Shown here: in pieces, positions 49,928 to 61,341 of the stretch
How the letters are laid out: the number at the start of each line of letters is the position of its first letter
Position numbering within the stretch: position 1 is the first letter of the stretch
DNA from: Squalus acanthias
Lineage: Eukaryota
Length of the DNA: 64,000 nt
Assembly: GCA_030390025.1 (NCBI GenBank)
Contig: CM059432.1
Span: forward strand, 109,556,001 to 109,620,000
Direction: 5' to 3'
The notes under the pieces: generated by a model
What the model saw: the letters and a program-made list of their open reading frames with translations, nothing else
What the model was told of the DNA's origin: nothing
The model's database searches: none
Program-made: the position numbers and the translations under genes

Positions 49928-51747
49928 CACCAGCAAGGCAAATAAAGGTACAGACACAATTTAAAGTGAAACAGTGCTCTTTTATTGCAGCATTACAGAC
50001 TTCTGAGGTTCATTGTTGCTTTACATAGTTTATAACTTTTCAATGTTAACTAGCTACTTTTCAACTTTGTAAACAATCGTAAACAGAAATAGGTTTTTCA
50101 AAAATTTGTTAACAGTTCTCAGTAACTTTTTTGCTTCGTTAATGCAGTAAAGACATTCAAGATGGGAAATAACTCTTTCCTATATGTAAACAAGTTTAAA
50201 TGTTCAATTTTTTTGTGAAAATAAACAATTTGAATTTTTATAAAGTGACTAAAGGCTGTACTTTTTCAATGAAAAGCTAACTTTCAGTTTCAGTGTCAAA
50301 TATATATATAAATAAAGAAAAATGTAAACATGTAAGTTTTAAAAGTACTTAAATTACTTTAAATCTCTTTGCAAATGTTTAACATTACTCAAATTATACT
50401 AAAAATCTTTAAAAGTTTACAAAACCATGCATTTAAAACCTACTTACTGCAAATTCCACCTGAAACAGTGAGAAAACTGTGTCTCCAGCAGCTTTACAAT
50501 GGCTTCAGTGGAGAAAAAAATCGGGGGCGTGGCCTATGGAAAAGAGACCTTAATGGGCGTGTCTTCACTCCACATCGCACGCGATGCAACGCGCACGCTG
50601 CGCTGCAGGGCAGTGTGACGTCATACGCTGCCCTGCACTCAATCAGCCAGAAGATGAATTTTCAACGTGGAAAAGAGGAAACGGCAGACGCGGTATGTAT
50701 TACCGCGCCTGCTCCTTACACCCGCGGGAACGGAGCCAGATGAATTTCTGGCCCGTTGTCTTTTCAGCTAGACATAAAAGATCTCCTGACCCTATTTAAA
50801 GAGTAAGAGAACTCTGTTGGTTTCCGAGCCAGCACCACCAAAACAGATTAGCTGCTCAGTTATCTCATTGCTGTTTGTTGAACCTTGTGTGCAAATTGGT
50901 TGTTGTGTTTGCTTATATTACAACAGTAACTACACTTCAAAAGTACTGTGAAGCACTTTAGGATGTCATGAAGATGTGATAGGCGCTATATAAATATAAA
51001 TTTTATTTCATTTTGAAGCAGTGCTTTTTAATCTAAGCTGAAAGTTTTGTTTCTGCCCAGCAGAGGGCAATCTGGTACCATCAACAATGCTGGGATTTTT
51101 TTTACATATATTGTGCAGAGACACAAACTCCTCTCTCTTTGAAGAACTTATGGAAACAAAATCCCATGGGTCATACTGACCTTTGTGACCGAATTCCTGA
51201 CATGCATTCCCGGGAGGGGCAAGGTTCCAAGATGAAAGCATGAAATTTGTAAGATAAATAAAAATACACAGTCTTGTATTTCTTTACAGTAATTCTGTAA
51301 GTAAGAACATGGAAAAACTGAGCCCGCAATGGGCACAGATAGGAAAACAAAGTGAGGATGATCTTCTGAATAGCAGTGCTTGCTGCTGTTGATCCTCATT
51401 GTCCTCCTTTTCCTCAGTCCAACTGAGAGCAGCCATGGCGACACCCATCGTGAGGTTCTCTGTCTGAACACCTCAAAACTTTCCAAATCACTCTCTCACC
51501 AAGCCATGTCCCACACTGGGAACTGAGAAAGGAGCTGTGAGCACTGAACCTTTATTGACATCGGGTCCCCTGAACTTTAACCACCCCAATAAAGTGCCGA
51601 GCAATCTCGCCTCCATTACCCTGGTGACTTTCCCAGCTCCTGGGGAACCCGTGTTGCACCAGTTAAGTTCAATTTGTGGTCCCAATTGCCTCTTCATGGC
51701 TAGACACACAGATGCCCCAATACCTGCCGCCGTAAGAATGGCGGCGG

Positions 51748-52774
51748 TGTAAGGTGTTTGGTTTCCTCGTCCTTACAAGGGTTCTTTGACTCTGGGTTTT
51801 ACAGGAACAAAATGGTAGATGACACAAAGGTTTAGGTTCAATCCAAAATTGTTAGTTTATTAAAACCAACAAAACACAGTCAAAAACCTGTTGAGATTTG
51901 GCTGAAACTTACAATCACCCATACGGCCGGTCGTTACCATTGTGAATTGTAGGCCTGGTTCGGAGATGACCTGTCCCTGTCCTCCTTTATCTGACTGTAG
52001 CTGCCTACACAGTGCAAACCTCTTGTAGAGTCAATGATACTTACAATCACCCGTCCGGCTGGTCGTGGCCGACGTCGATTGTAGGCTGGGAGCTGGAGAT
52101 GACCGTCTTCCCTTCCTTCTTACACCTGGCTGTAGTCAGAGCTAGCTTCCGAGAGAGAGAGCTTCCGAGAGAGCTTCTGAGCGAAAGAGAGCTTCCCAGA
52201 GAGAGCTTCCGAGCGAAAGAGAGAGAGAGCTGTGGTGTGGTTCCTTCTTATAGTTCTTTTAGTCACCCGGCCCCATGCTGGGCCTCCCCCAACCAGTTTC
52301 GGTTGTCGGTTTGCTGAACTGTCCGACATTCACACCTCATCAACCTGTAATTCAATCACCGGAGGTGTACAGAGTTGTGAGATCGAAGATAACTCCTTAT
52401 TTCCTCTCCTGCTTTCTGTAACGCATATTGAATGTGATTTCTATTACTATTGATGGGCGGTTGGCTGATTGACTTGTGTATCTTCCATTCATGTCAGGAA
52501 GTCGATTGTGACCCCCATTGTTTCAGTTAAACTCAGAGCATTGTCCAGATGTAAATTTTTCCCATCGAAACCAATCATGATTCAAGGCCTCACAGTTCAA
52601 TGTCAATGTCCTTTTCAGAGTTAATCATGAGCCAAAGCTTTCATTGTCCAGTATCAATGTGTTCTCCAAGAACTGCCGACTTTGATGACTGGCACCTTTT
52701 CTGTGCCTCGAAGTTTAACCGTTTCATGCCCTTACCACTGGGCCAAACAGGCTTTCAGCATTTTAAAATCTACA
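51748..52774 (-). repeat. 3' LTR (1027 bp)
   Basis: TGTA...TACA ends; homologous to 63215-64000; TATAAGA at ~52247 and AATAAA at ~51857 on the minus strand. Confidence 0.93.
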
Positions 52775-52785
52775 TTCCCCCCTTT
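52775..52785 (-). promoter_or_regulatory. Polypurine tract
   Basis: AAAGGGGGGAA directly before the TG of the 3' LTR. Confidence 0.85.
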
Positions 52786-52867
52786 AATGTCTCTTTATAA
52801 ACTAGAGACATTACTCTTGACGAATTCTACTTCCAGTCCACTTCCATTGCCAGTCTCAACCAAATCT

Positions 52868-55260
52868 TTAAATTTCACTTTTATTACATACATACATACA
52901 TTCGGTTAAAACACTCTGAACCTCCCATTTCAATTTTTTAAGTTTCCCCCTTCTTGTCTTCCTTTTTAATTTACATGACAAGATTAATAGATACAACATA
53001 ATACACAATTGTAGAATTACCAACACATGCGACGCGATTCGAATCCAAGGAGGGATCTCAATGTTGAGTCCCACATCCCACCACGGAGGGATAATCATCT
53101 CTTCGATTTCCTCCCTTTCTTTCTCATTCTTTTGCTGTAACGCGTAATAATGTTTTTGGGACAACTCTCGGTTCTTTAATAGCTTAACTAACTGTTCGGG
53201 TAACGGCGGGATATCGTATCCAAAACACGATACGTATTCTTGGAGGTTCAGTAAAGTACTGTTAACTGTGATACCGATGTGTTTGTGGTCTGAGATGGGG
53301 ATTATCCTTTATTGTGCTACTTGTGTCTCTACATGGGGCTTGAAGCAAAAGGTGGAATCTTGAACTGGACACCAGGTGTCCCTGTGTATTCTGTACCGAC
53401 TTTCGCTAGTGGTTACACAGTAGGTTCCGTTACCCTTGTACGCAACCTGGGGCGAGACATGGCTGGGAGCCATCACTTCCATGATACAGCTGATAGGCTG
53501 CCCGTCTCCGTATTCAAACCCACATACCGGCCGATCGAAAGGATTCAAATGGTAGGGACACAATACCACATGTGTACCTCCTCCCTGACATCCCTCTAGA
53601 CTAGTGTCGGTTATCGAGTTCCCCAACTTCACCACATACTGAGGAGTTTTATGATGCTTCACATGTACCCCGTTTTGAATTACACCAATGTTTTCTAACC
53701 GGTATACCGGTGCGGGTCGTTGCGCCTGATCCATCACCGGCATCCTCAGAACTATCCCCATTACCATTTGTTTATTCTGACCACAGTTGACAGGGACTGG
53801 GTATGCTTCGGAGGCCGACCGTAGTTGACACGGATTCATGAGGTTGTTATAAACGCTTAAAGCCTTTAGGTGCCTGTTACTGATCCACGACGGTACGTGG
53901 CCTTGTTTTAAATCCTCTAAATTACGGCGCCCCTCGTTTAACAACCAGGCCCCTTACATGACACACACATCATTTTGGGCAGTCCGATCCGACGCATTTC
54001 AGCCCTCCTTTATTAATACATTGATGGTCTGAGCGTGAGTCTCCAGCTCAGCTACCATTTCCTTCAGATGAATCGTCATCACCTGGTCTTCCTGCAATTC
54101 GTGACCCTCAATGTCATTACCCTCCCCCAGTATTTTCCTTAGCTGGTCCCTTAGGGTATTTACTTGTAATTGCAACTGCGCGTTGTCCATACTGTTGACC
54201 AGTGACGGCCCTGTATTAAACACCGTGGCCGCATCATTAATCAGTCCGCTTTTTCATCCCCCAGCCCGTGTGGCTGTTACTTACCGGTATGTATGCTGCC
54301 CCCCGACTTTCGTTCCCATAATTCCTCTCATAGAATTGTCTGAACATTTCTTTTAACAACTTTTCATATAACTTTTCCGTCTCTGGCGGGCACCACCGGG
54401 GCAACTGTAACTCTGTTAAATTAAGAATAACCGACGCTACTTCGTAATATACAGTATGATACATCATTTTTCCTGTTGGGATCAACACCAGCCCATTTTT
54501 AGGCCTGGGTGCCGTTATGGGACATTTTACATCTGTACCCTGAGTCTCTGGGGCTTTCGGTAGAGGCTTCATCTTGCTTGCGACCAGTTCGGTTGCATTG
54601 ACTGCTTTTGGAGGTTCCGGGGTCACGCAAGAGTCAAAAGTCTGACTCCAATTCACTCCTGACCCGGAGTCCTGCCACTGCCATTTGAAAGTAATGGCAA
54701 CCCCCCCCCTTTGCAGTTGTGCCCCGACCCGACCACGCACACATAAACTCCTTGCTCCTTCTTCCACCATTTATCCCAATACAATTTTACCCCTTCCTTA
54801 GTTCCCATGGTCTGCCTGTTTGAATTATTACCCAACTTTTCCCATTCCGTGGATGCGTTATTTTTACCTTTGTCTGTTTTCCGTAACCACCACCACCATC
54901 CCATGGGGGTGCTCCCCTTACATTCCAGACAAACCCGTCTACCCTCTTTCACCCGTACCCTCTTAGTCGTGATGTTTACCTTTGGGCAGGACACCGACAC
55001 TTCCCCAATCTTGTCCACGGTTCGCCTTGAATACTTGGTCGAGTTCGACCCTAGCCAACCCGGCCAATTCCCATCATGGGAGTATGTAATTGTACCATTA
55101 TTATCCCATGTCGCCCCCCCCCCCCCCACCCCACCCGAGTTACGGTGGGGCCAGTTCCTCCCATACACCCGTATGTAAAGAATGTCTCGGTGTCTCCCCG
55201 ATCTCCCCACCCTGCTTTAATCAGGATCATCCACACGCTCATCCGCAGTGTCCACCTCAT
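52868..55260 (-). pseudogene. env: env: signal peptide, Ig-like domain, class-I (F-like) fusion protein, TM; several frameshifts and stops
   Basis: Stitched from ORFs 55051..55302, 54653..55210, 54237..54770, 53999..54223, 53309..53944 and 52868..53164. Confidence 0.8.
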
Positions 55261-58200
55261 CTCGCGTCCTTGATTCGATTCATTTCTATAAAAACAAAAC
55301 ACAAGAATAACACTGCTCTGTGAGGGGTCTCCCCTTCACAGGTCTCACTTAAATCATACACATATTTACACTTTGGTTCAATCACTACTTTCGTTTTTCC
55401 TTGTCCCGATGTTTGGGCTTCTTGAGGGCCCGGGGGTGGAGTAGGAGGTGGTGTCCAGAGCACCCTGGGTCTGGGCACCCGACTACTTCGTCTCACCGCT
55501 CCGCCCTCTGAGTCATCCTCATCATCCCACAGCATGGGAGAAAGGCTCACATTGATCAATCGCATTACGGTTCCTTGGGCCTTGGCCCGTTTTGTGCTTC
55601 TCACTCCGGAGTCATACAGCTTGCACTGGTTGATGTGAAACCACTTTACTCGCCTCAGCAGCTGGATCGCATAGACCATAGGACTTGCCTTATCCATGAT
55701 ATTATAGGGTCTTTTAAATAATGGCTCGAATGCCCCTACTCTGGCATAATTCCTGACCATTACCTGGTCCCGTACCTTCCACTCCTGTGTGACCCGTGGT
55801 TCCAACAGCATTTTATTCTGTTGGTGCTGCCTTCCCATATTGTTAGCTGCCTCCCAATGCAGCCCCCTTAGAGTATCGTACAGATCTCTAACAAACCTGT
55901 CCCGTGTGACCTCCTTAAACTGTGTTTCGGTCAGGACTGGTACCAACACATGAGTCGGTGTCCTCATCGACCTCCCTGTCATTAACTCATGCGGGGAGTG
56001 TCCCGTACTTTTAGAGAGACTGGCTCTGATGCTCATTAGGACCAGGGGTAGGACCTCATCCCATCTCTTCGGGACCTCTCCTATCTCTTTCCTAAGCCTC
56101 TCTTTTAAGGTCCGGTTCTTCCTCTCTACTATCTGGCATAAAAGGAAATCTAAAAAGGTGACTCAACCGTGGATAACAGGGGAAATTAGAGACAGCATAA
56201 AATCCAAAGATAGGGCGTATAAAATAGCCAAAAAAAGCGCCAGAGCGGAAGATTGGGAACAGTTTAAGATAGAGCAAAGGAGGACAAAGGGCTTAATCAA
56301 GAGGGGCAAAATAGCTTACGAAAGCAAGCTGGCGGAAAATATAAAAACTAACTCCAAAAGCTTTTATAAGTATATCAAGAGGAAAAGACTGGTGAAAACC
56401 AAAGTTGGCCCATTGCAGTCAGATACGGGGGAATATATAACAGGAAATAAGGAAATGGCAGACCAACTAAATGCATACTTTGGGTCAGTCTTTACGAAGG
56501 AAGACACAAAAAACCTCCCTGGGATATCGGGAAAAATAGGGACATTGGCAAAGGAGGAACTGATGCAAATCAATATCTCTAAGGATATGGTGTTAAGGAA
56601 GCTAAAGGGATTGAAGGCGGACAAATCCCCAGGGCCTGATAACATGCATCCTAGGGTACTGAAGGAGGTGGCCCTAGAGATAGCGGATGCACTAAGTATG
56701 ATTTTTCAGAATTCATTAGACTCGGGAACAGTGCCCATGGATTGGAGGGTAGCTAACGTTACCCCACTATTCAAAAAGGGGGGTAGGGAAAAAGCAGGTA
56801 ATTACAGACCTGTAAGCCTTACATCAGTTGTGGGCAAAATGCTGGAGTCCATCATTAAGGATGAAATAGCGGAGCACTTAGCAAATGGGGACAGGATAGG
56901 ACAGAGTCAACATGGATTTACAAAGGGTAAATCGTGCTTGACTAATCTATTGGAATTTTTTGAGGGAGTAACTGGTAAAATAGATGGGGGAGAGCCAGTA
57001 GATGTGGTGTACCTGGACTTCCAAAAGGCCTTCGATAAGGTCCCACATAAAAGATTAGCAGGGAAAATTGAAGCTCATGGGATAAAGGGGAAAGTATTGA
57101 TGTGGATAGAGAACTGGCTGTCAGATAGAAAACAGAGAGTTGGAATAAACGGCTCATTTTCTGAATGGCAGGCAGTAACAAGTGGGGTACCACAGGGATC
57201 TGTCCTGGGTCCTCAGCTGTTCACAATTTACATTAATGACCTGGATCAGGGAGTCGGATGCAGCATTTCCAAATTTGCAGACGACACTAAACTAGGAGGG
57301 GGGGTGGGCTCAGAGGAGGAGACCAGGAAGCTCCAGAGCGATTTGGACAGACTGGGTGATTGGGCGGATAAATGGCAGATGCACTATAATGTGGACAAGT
57401 GCGAAGTTATCCACCTTGGGTGCAGGAACGGGAGGGCAAATTATTATTTAAATGGCAATAAATTGGGAGAGGGGGAAGTACAGAGAGACCTCGGTGTTCT
57501 TGTACACCAGTCACTGAAGGCGAGCATGCAGGTGCAACAGGCAGTCAAGAAGGCAAACGGTATGCTGGCCTTCATAGCAAAAGGGTTGGAATACAGGAAC
57601 AGGGATACCTTGCTGCAGCTGTACAGGGCACTGGTGAGACCACACCTCGAGTACTGTGTACAGTTTTGGTCGCCTCATCTGAGGAAAGATGTTCTTGCCA
57701 TGGAGGGGGTGCAGCGGCGATTCACCAGGCTGATACCAGGAATGGCGGGATTGACCTATGAGGAGAGACTATGTAGTTTAGGGATGTACACACTGGAGTT
57801 TAGAAGATTGAGAGGGGACCTCATAGAAGTGTATAAAATTCTGATAGGTCTAGACAGACTAGATGCAGAAGGAATGTTTCCCTTGGCGGGTGAGAACAGA
57901 ACTAGAGGACATAATTTAAGGATAAGGGCTAAACCATTTAGGACAGAAATTAGGGGGAATTTCTTCACTCAGAGGGTGGTGAACCTGTGGAACTCATTGC
58001 CACAGAGGGCAGTGTACGCCAGCTCATTAAATATATTTAAGAGGGAATTAGATATATTTCTACAGGCAAAAGGGGTTAAGGGTTACGGAGAGAAGGCGGG
58101 GATGGGATACTGAATTGGAGGATCAGCCATGATCTCATTAAATGGCGGAGCAGGCTCGAAGGGCCGGATGGCCTACTCCTGCTCCTATCTTCTATGTATC

Positions 58201-61200
58201 TATGTATGTATCTATGTATACCCGATGATTGGGGGTTATGCGTCACATGCCACTTTCCCTGTATTCCTAGCAGCTTCAGGGTGGCCTGCATTACTAGTCC
58301 GGTGAAATGACTTCCCTGATCTGACTCTACTATCAGGGGCAGTCCCCACTGGGAAAACACTTCCTTCACTAGAATCTTAGCCGTGTTTAACGCTGTCGCT
58401 GGCCTACAAGGAATAGCTTCCACTCATTTTGAGAAAGTATCCACTAATACCAGACAATATTTATTGCCCCTACTTGTGGTGGGCAGTGGCCCAATGAAAT
58501 CTACCTGTATAGACTGCCATGGTCCCTCTACCCTTCTCGTGTGTCCCAACGGGACCTTCCTTCGGTGGGGGGTCTGGATTATTCGCTGCGCACACTAAAC
58601 AGTTCTCGCAATAATCCCTTGCATCTTTCCTGAGCTGGGGACACCATCCCACAGCCTCCACTTTATTCCAAGTCGTTTCTGGCCCTGGATGTCCGGCCCC
58701 CGGACCCCCATGAGCTAGCTGCAAAAATTCTTCCCTGTACTGCACGGGCACGACCCACCTAATCCCCTTGAATAATATCCTCTGTTTCACTGCTACGTCT
58801 GCTGCTCCAAAAGGTCCCTCTACAGGCTTCCCACATTCCTTATCCTTAATGACCGTTTAAAGGACTGCATCTTGCAGCTGAGCCTGTTTCAAATCAGGTG
58901 GCGAATTGTACCTCCTTGGGTCCCTCTTTTCCCTTTACAGCCATGATCTGTCCGGATCAGTACGGGTCCCAAGGTATACCTTCCCCTGCCCCCATTTTGG
59001 CCAGTACATCAGCCTTCTGATTCCCTTTCCACTTATGCTCTGTTTTGGAATGCGCTTTAACCTTTTGGATGTAGTAATCCTGCTGGTTACTACCTGTGAC
59101 GTTCAGAATGACTTCTAACAGAGCTTCCCGTCTGAGGACTTGAACCCTCGCCTAGCCCATATTGCTAGATACTCCGTGCAGGAGTTGCAAGTGAACATTG
59201 AGTCCGAACATATTGTATAGGGGGTTGGGAATTCACTGGGGTGTGTGACTACATACGCTACGGCCGCCAGTTTGGCCTGCTGTGCACTCAAAGTGTTGGG
59301 GAGTTTTATGACCTTCTCTATCCCTGCCTCTGGATCATAAATCCCGCAACCTGTCCTTCTCTCTCCGTTTGTCACCGAACTAGACCCATCCACGTAAATG
59401 TCTCTACCTGTCGGGTGTTCCCCGGCCCGGAATCCCCCATCTACATCCCACCCTCCTTCTACTGAGCACACGTGAGCCGTCCCCGGATAAACCAGATTCA
59501 GGGCTAGCTTTGGCTCCCCTAGTCTTTCCACTTTCAGGTCCAACTGAGAAAGCAGCAACGTCCAACGGGCAATCCTACTGTTACTCACTGTCCCATCCTT
59601 CATCCTACCGTCCAGCAACATTTGTGTCAGGGTGTGACAGGTCAATAAGGTCACTGTAGCTGACCCTGTGAATGACCGAAAGTGTTTGACGGCCCAAAAG
59701 GTCACCAAAAGATGCCGCTCGCAATTAGAAAAGCTCTTTTCTAACTCTGTAAAAACTCGGGAGGCGTGGGCCACCGGTCTTAACCTGCCGTGCCGCTCCT
59801 GGAGTAACACTGCGCTTAAACTGTCCTCAGTAGCCGCTACCTCCAGGTAAAAGCCCTGGTCCCCATTTATCGCTCCTAACGCGGGTGCCGTTTGTAGGTC
59901 CTCTTTTAAGCGCGTAACTGTTTCCTGGCAAATTTCACCCCACTCCCATTCTACTCCCTTCCTAAGAAGCCTCAGCAAAGGTGCTGCCATGGCTGCATAT
60001 CCTTTGATAAACTCCCTGCAGTAACCCGTTATTCCCAGGAAAGACCTTACCCCAGACACGTCCTTCGGAACGGGTAGTTCCTGGACTGTCTTTCTCTTCG
60101 CTCCATCGATAGCTCTTTCACCTGCTCTAATGGTCAATCCTAAAAATTGCACCTCCCCTTGTCCAACTTGGGCTTTCTTTGGATTTACTTTAAAACTTGC
60201 TTCCTTTAGCAGCTGCAATAATTCACTCAGTAATGGCCCGTGATCCTCCGTACCTTCGGCGAATAATAACAGGTCAACCACATATTGGATCAACCGGTCA
60301 AGCTGACTGAAACCCTTTAGTGCCTCGGCCATGCTTTAGTGGAAAATTGAGGGACTATTGTGAAACCCTTGTGGAAGACACGTCCACGTATACTGCTGTC
60401 CTTTAAATGTAAAGGTGAATTTATACTGATCCTCCCGCCTCATGGGAATGGACCACTACCTGTTTGAAATATCCAATACTGTAAAAGTTGTTGCCGCCGC
60501 GGGGATACTCCGTATTAAGTCTGCTACTGCTGCTACCGTGAGCGCACAGGCTGGAATATTCTTATTCAGGACCCGGTAATCTACCGTGGCCCTCCATGAT
60601 TTATCGGACAAAGGGGTGAATTTACATGGGTGGCTATCGTTCTTAATACACCTTGTTCCACCAGGGAATTTATAGCAGTTTCCAAGTCCTTTTCTGCTTC
60701 CCGGGGAAAGTTATACTGTTTCTGGGGCCGTGACATTGGGTCCCCATCTACCTTCACCTCTACCTCCATCACTCTCCCGCAATCATGTCTGTACATGGCA
60801 AACACGTCTATATTCTCCCGTACATGCCTTTGATACCTGGCCGGGATGCTATCGACCAATTGTTCCAGGTCATAGCTCCCTTTCGGCTTCATCGTACAGG
60901 TGCTGCCTTTATCCTTACTGTCCCTGGGAATCACTACAACCTCGCCTATCCTATCTGCCTCGACTGCCCCCCATGGACAGTTGTTTTTCATGTCTACTAT
61001 GGCGTGGTGTGCCAACATGTAGTCGGCCCTGAGAACTCCCGAACCGGGCTATTCCCACTTCATCAAAATGCATTCCCATTTCATTACGTTGGGTCCTAAT
61101 TCTATCGTTAAGGGTTTCGATACCGCCACAGCCTGTTTATTACCCGTGAAACCTGCTAATGTAAATGGACCCCGCTCGACCATGGGGAAGTGGTCGGATT

Positions 61201-61341
61201 CGGTGAGGGGACCACCGTGCTAGAGGCTCCTGTATCTCCCAAATACCTTCCCCTAACGGTCTCCACTTTCACATCTACACATGGTCTGCCCCACTCATTG
61301 TAGATGAGCGGACACAGGTACTCAGGCTGGGCGCGGCCCCG
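55257..61341 (-). pseudogene. pol: pro-pol: protease, RT, tether, RNase H, integrase (split by a CR1)
   Basis: DTGA at 61225-61236; VDYRVLN; LPQGFHNSP; QYVVDLL (YVDD mutated); IYVDGSS; HHCC zinc finger; VDFIGP, ESDQG, SSGI|VER; GPY/F-like KRPY. Confidence 0.92.
56133..58216 (+). mobile_element. Young 5'-truncated CR1 with an uninterrupted ORF2 RT region, inserted in the ERV integrase
   Basis: Open frame to 58113; tail at 58190-58216; probable TSD TAT. Confidence 0.95.

Larger units (their letters stand above)
47854..50754 (+). mobile_element. Young PIF/Harbinger DNA transposon, 2.9 kb
   Basis: 16-bp TIRs GGCCCAAAAATTCATC / GATGAATTTCTGGCCC (14/16 match); TSD GTT; CpG-rich ends. Confidence 0.93.
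47715..51008 (+). mobile_element. DeuSINE-type SINE split by the Harbinger (47715-47853 plus 50755-51008)
   Basis: tRNA-like B box GGTTCAAACC at ~47769; SINE body resumes after the GTT TSD. Confidence 0.75.
41721..51294 (-). other. Possible host-gene exons (51181-51294, 46217-46367, 42673-42792, 41721-41971), unidentified
   Basis: Unique-sequence open stretches with AG/GT ends and compatible phases; no recognisable protein. Confidence 0.22.

Noticed and set aside
49643..50028. Gly/Glu/Arg-rich and Pro-rich ORFs
   Set aside because: These are translations of the low-complexity C/T tract.
51330..51747. Exon-like stretch MGVAMAALSWTEEKEDNEDQQQQ on the minus strand
   Set aside because: It resembles the acidic N-termini of the Harbinger relics (33961, ~38548) and is too degraded to call; probably the transposon remnant the ERV inserted into.
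54700..55130. Programmed frameshifts in env at the G-runs
   Set aside because: Homopolymer length changes are better explained by slippage or sequencing error in a provirus that also has many stops.
56029..58113. 694-aa ORF as a novel fusion gene
   Set aside because: The first ~35 codons are the antisense of the ERV integrase running by chance into a truncated CR1 ORF2.
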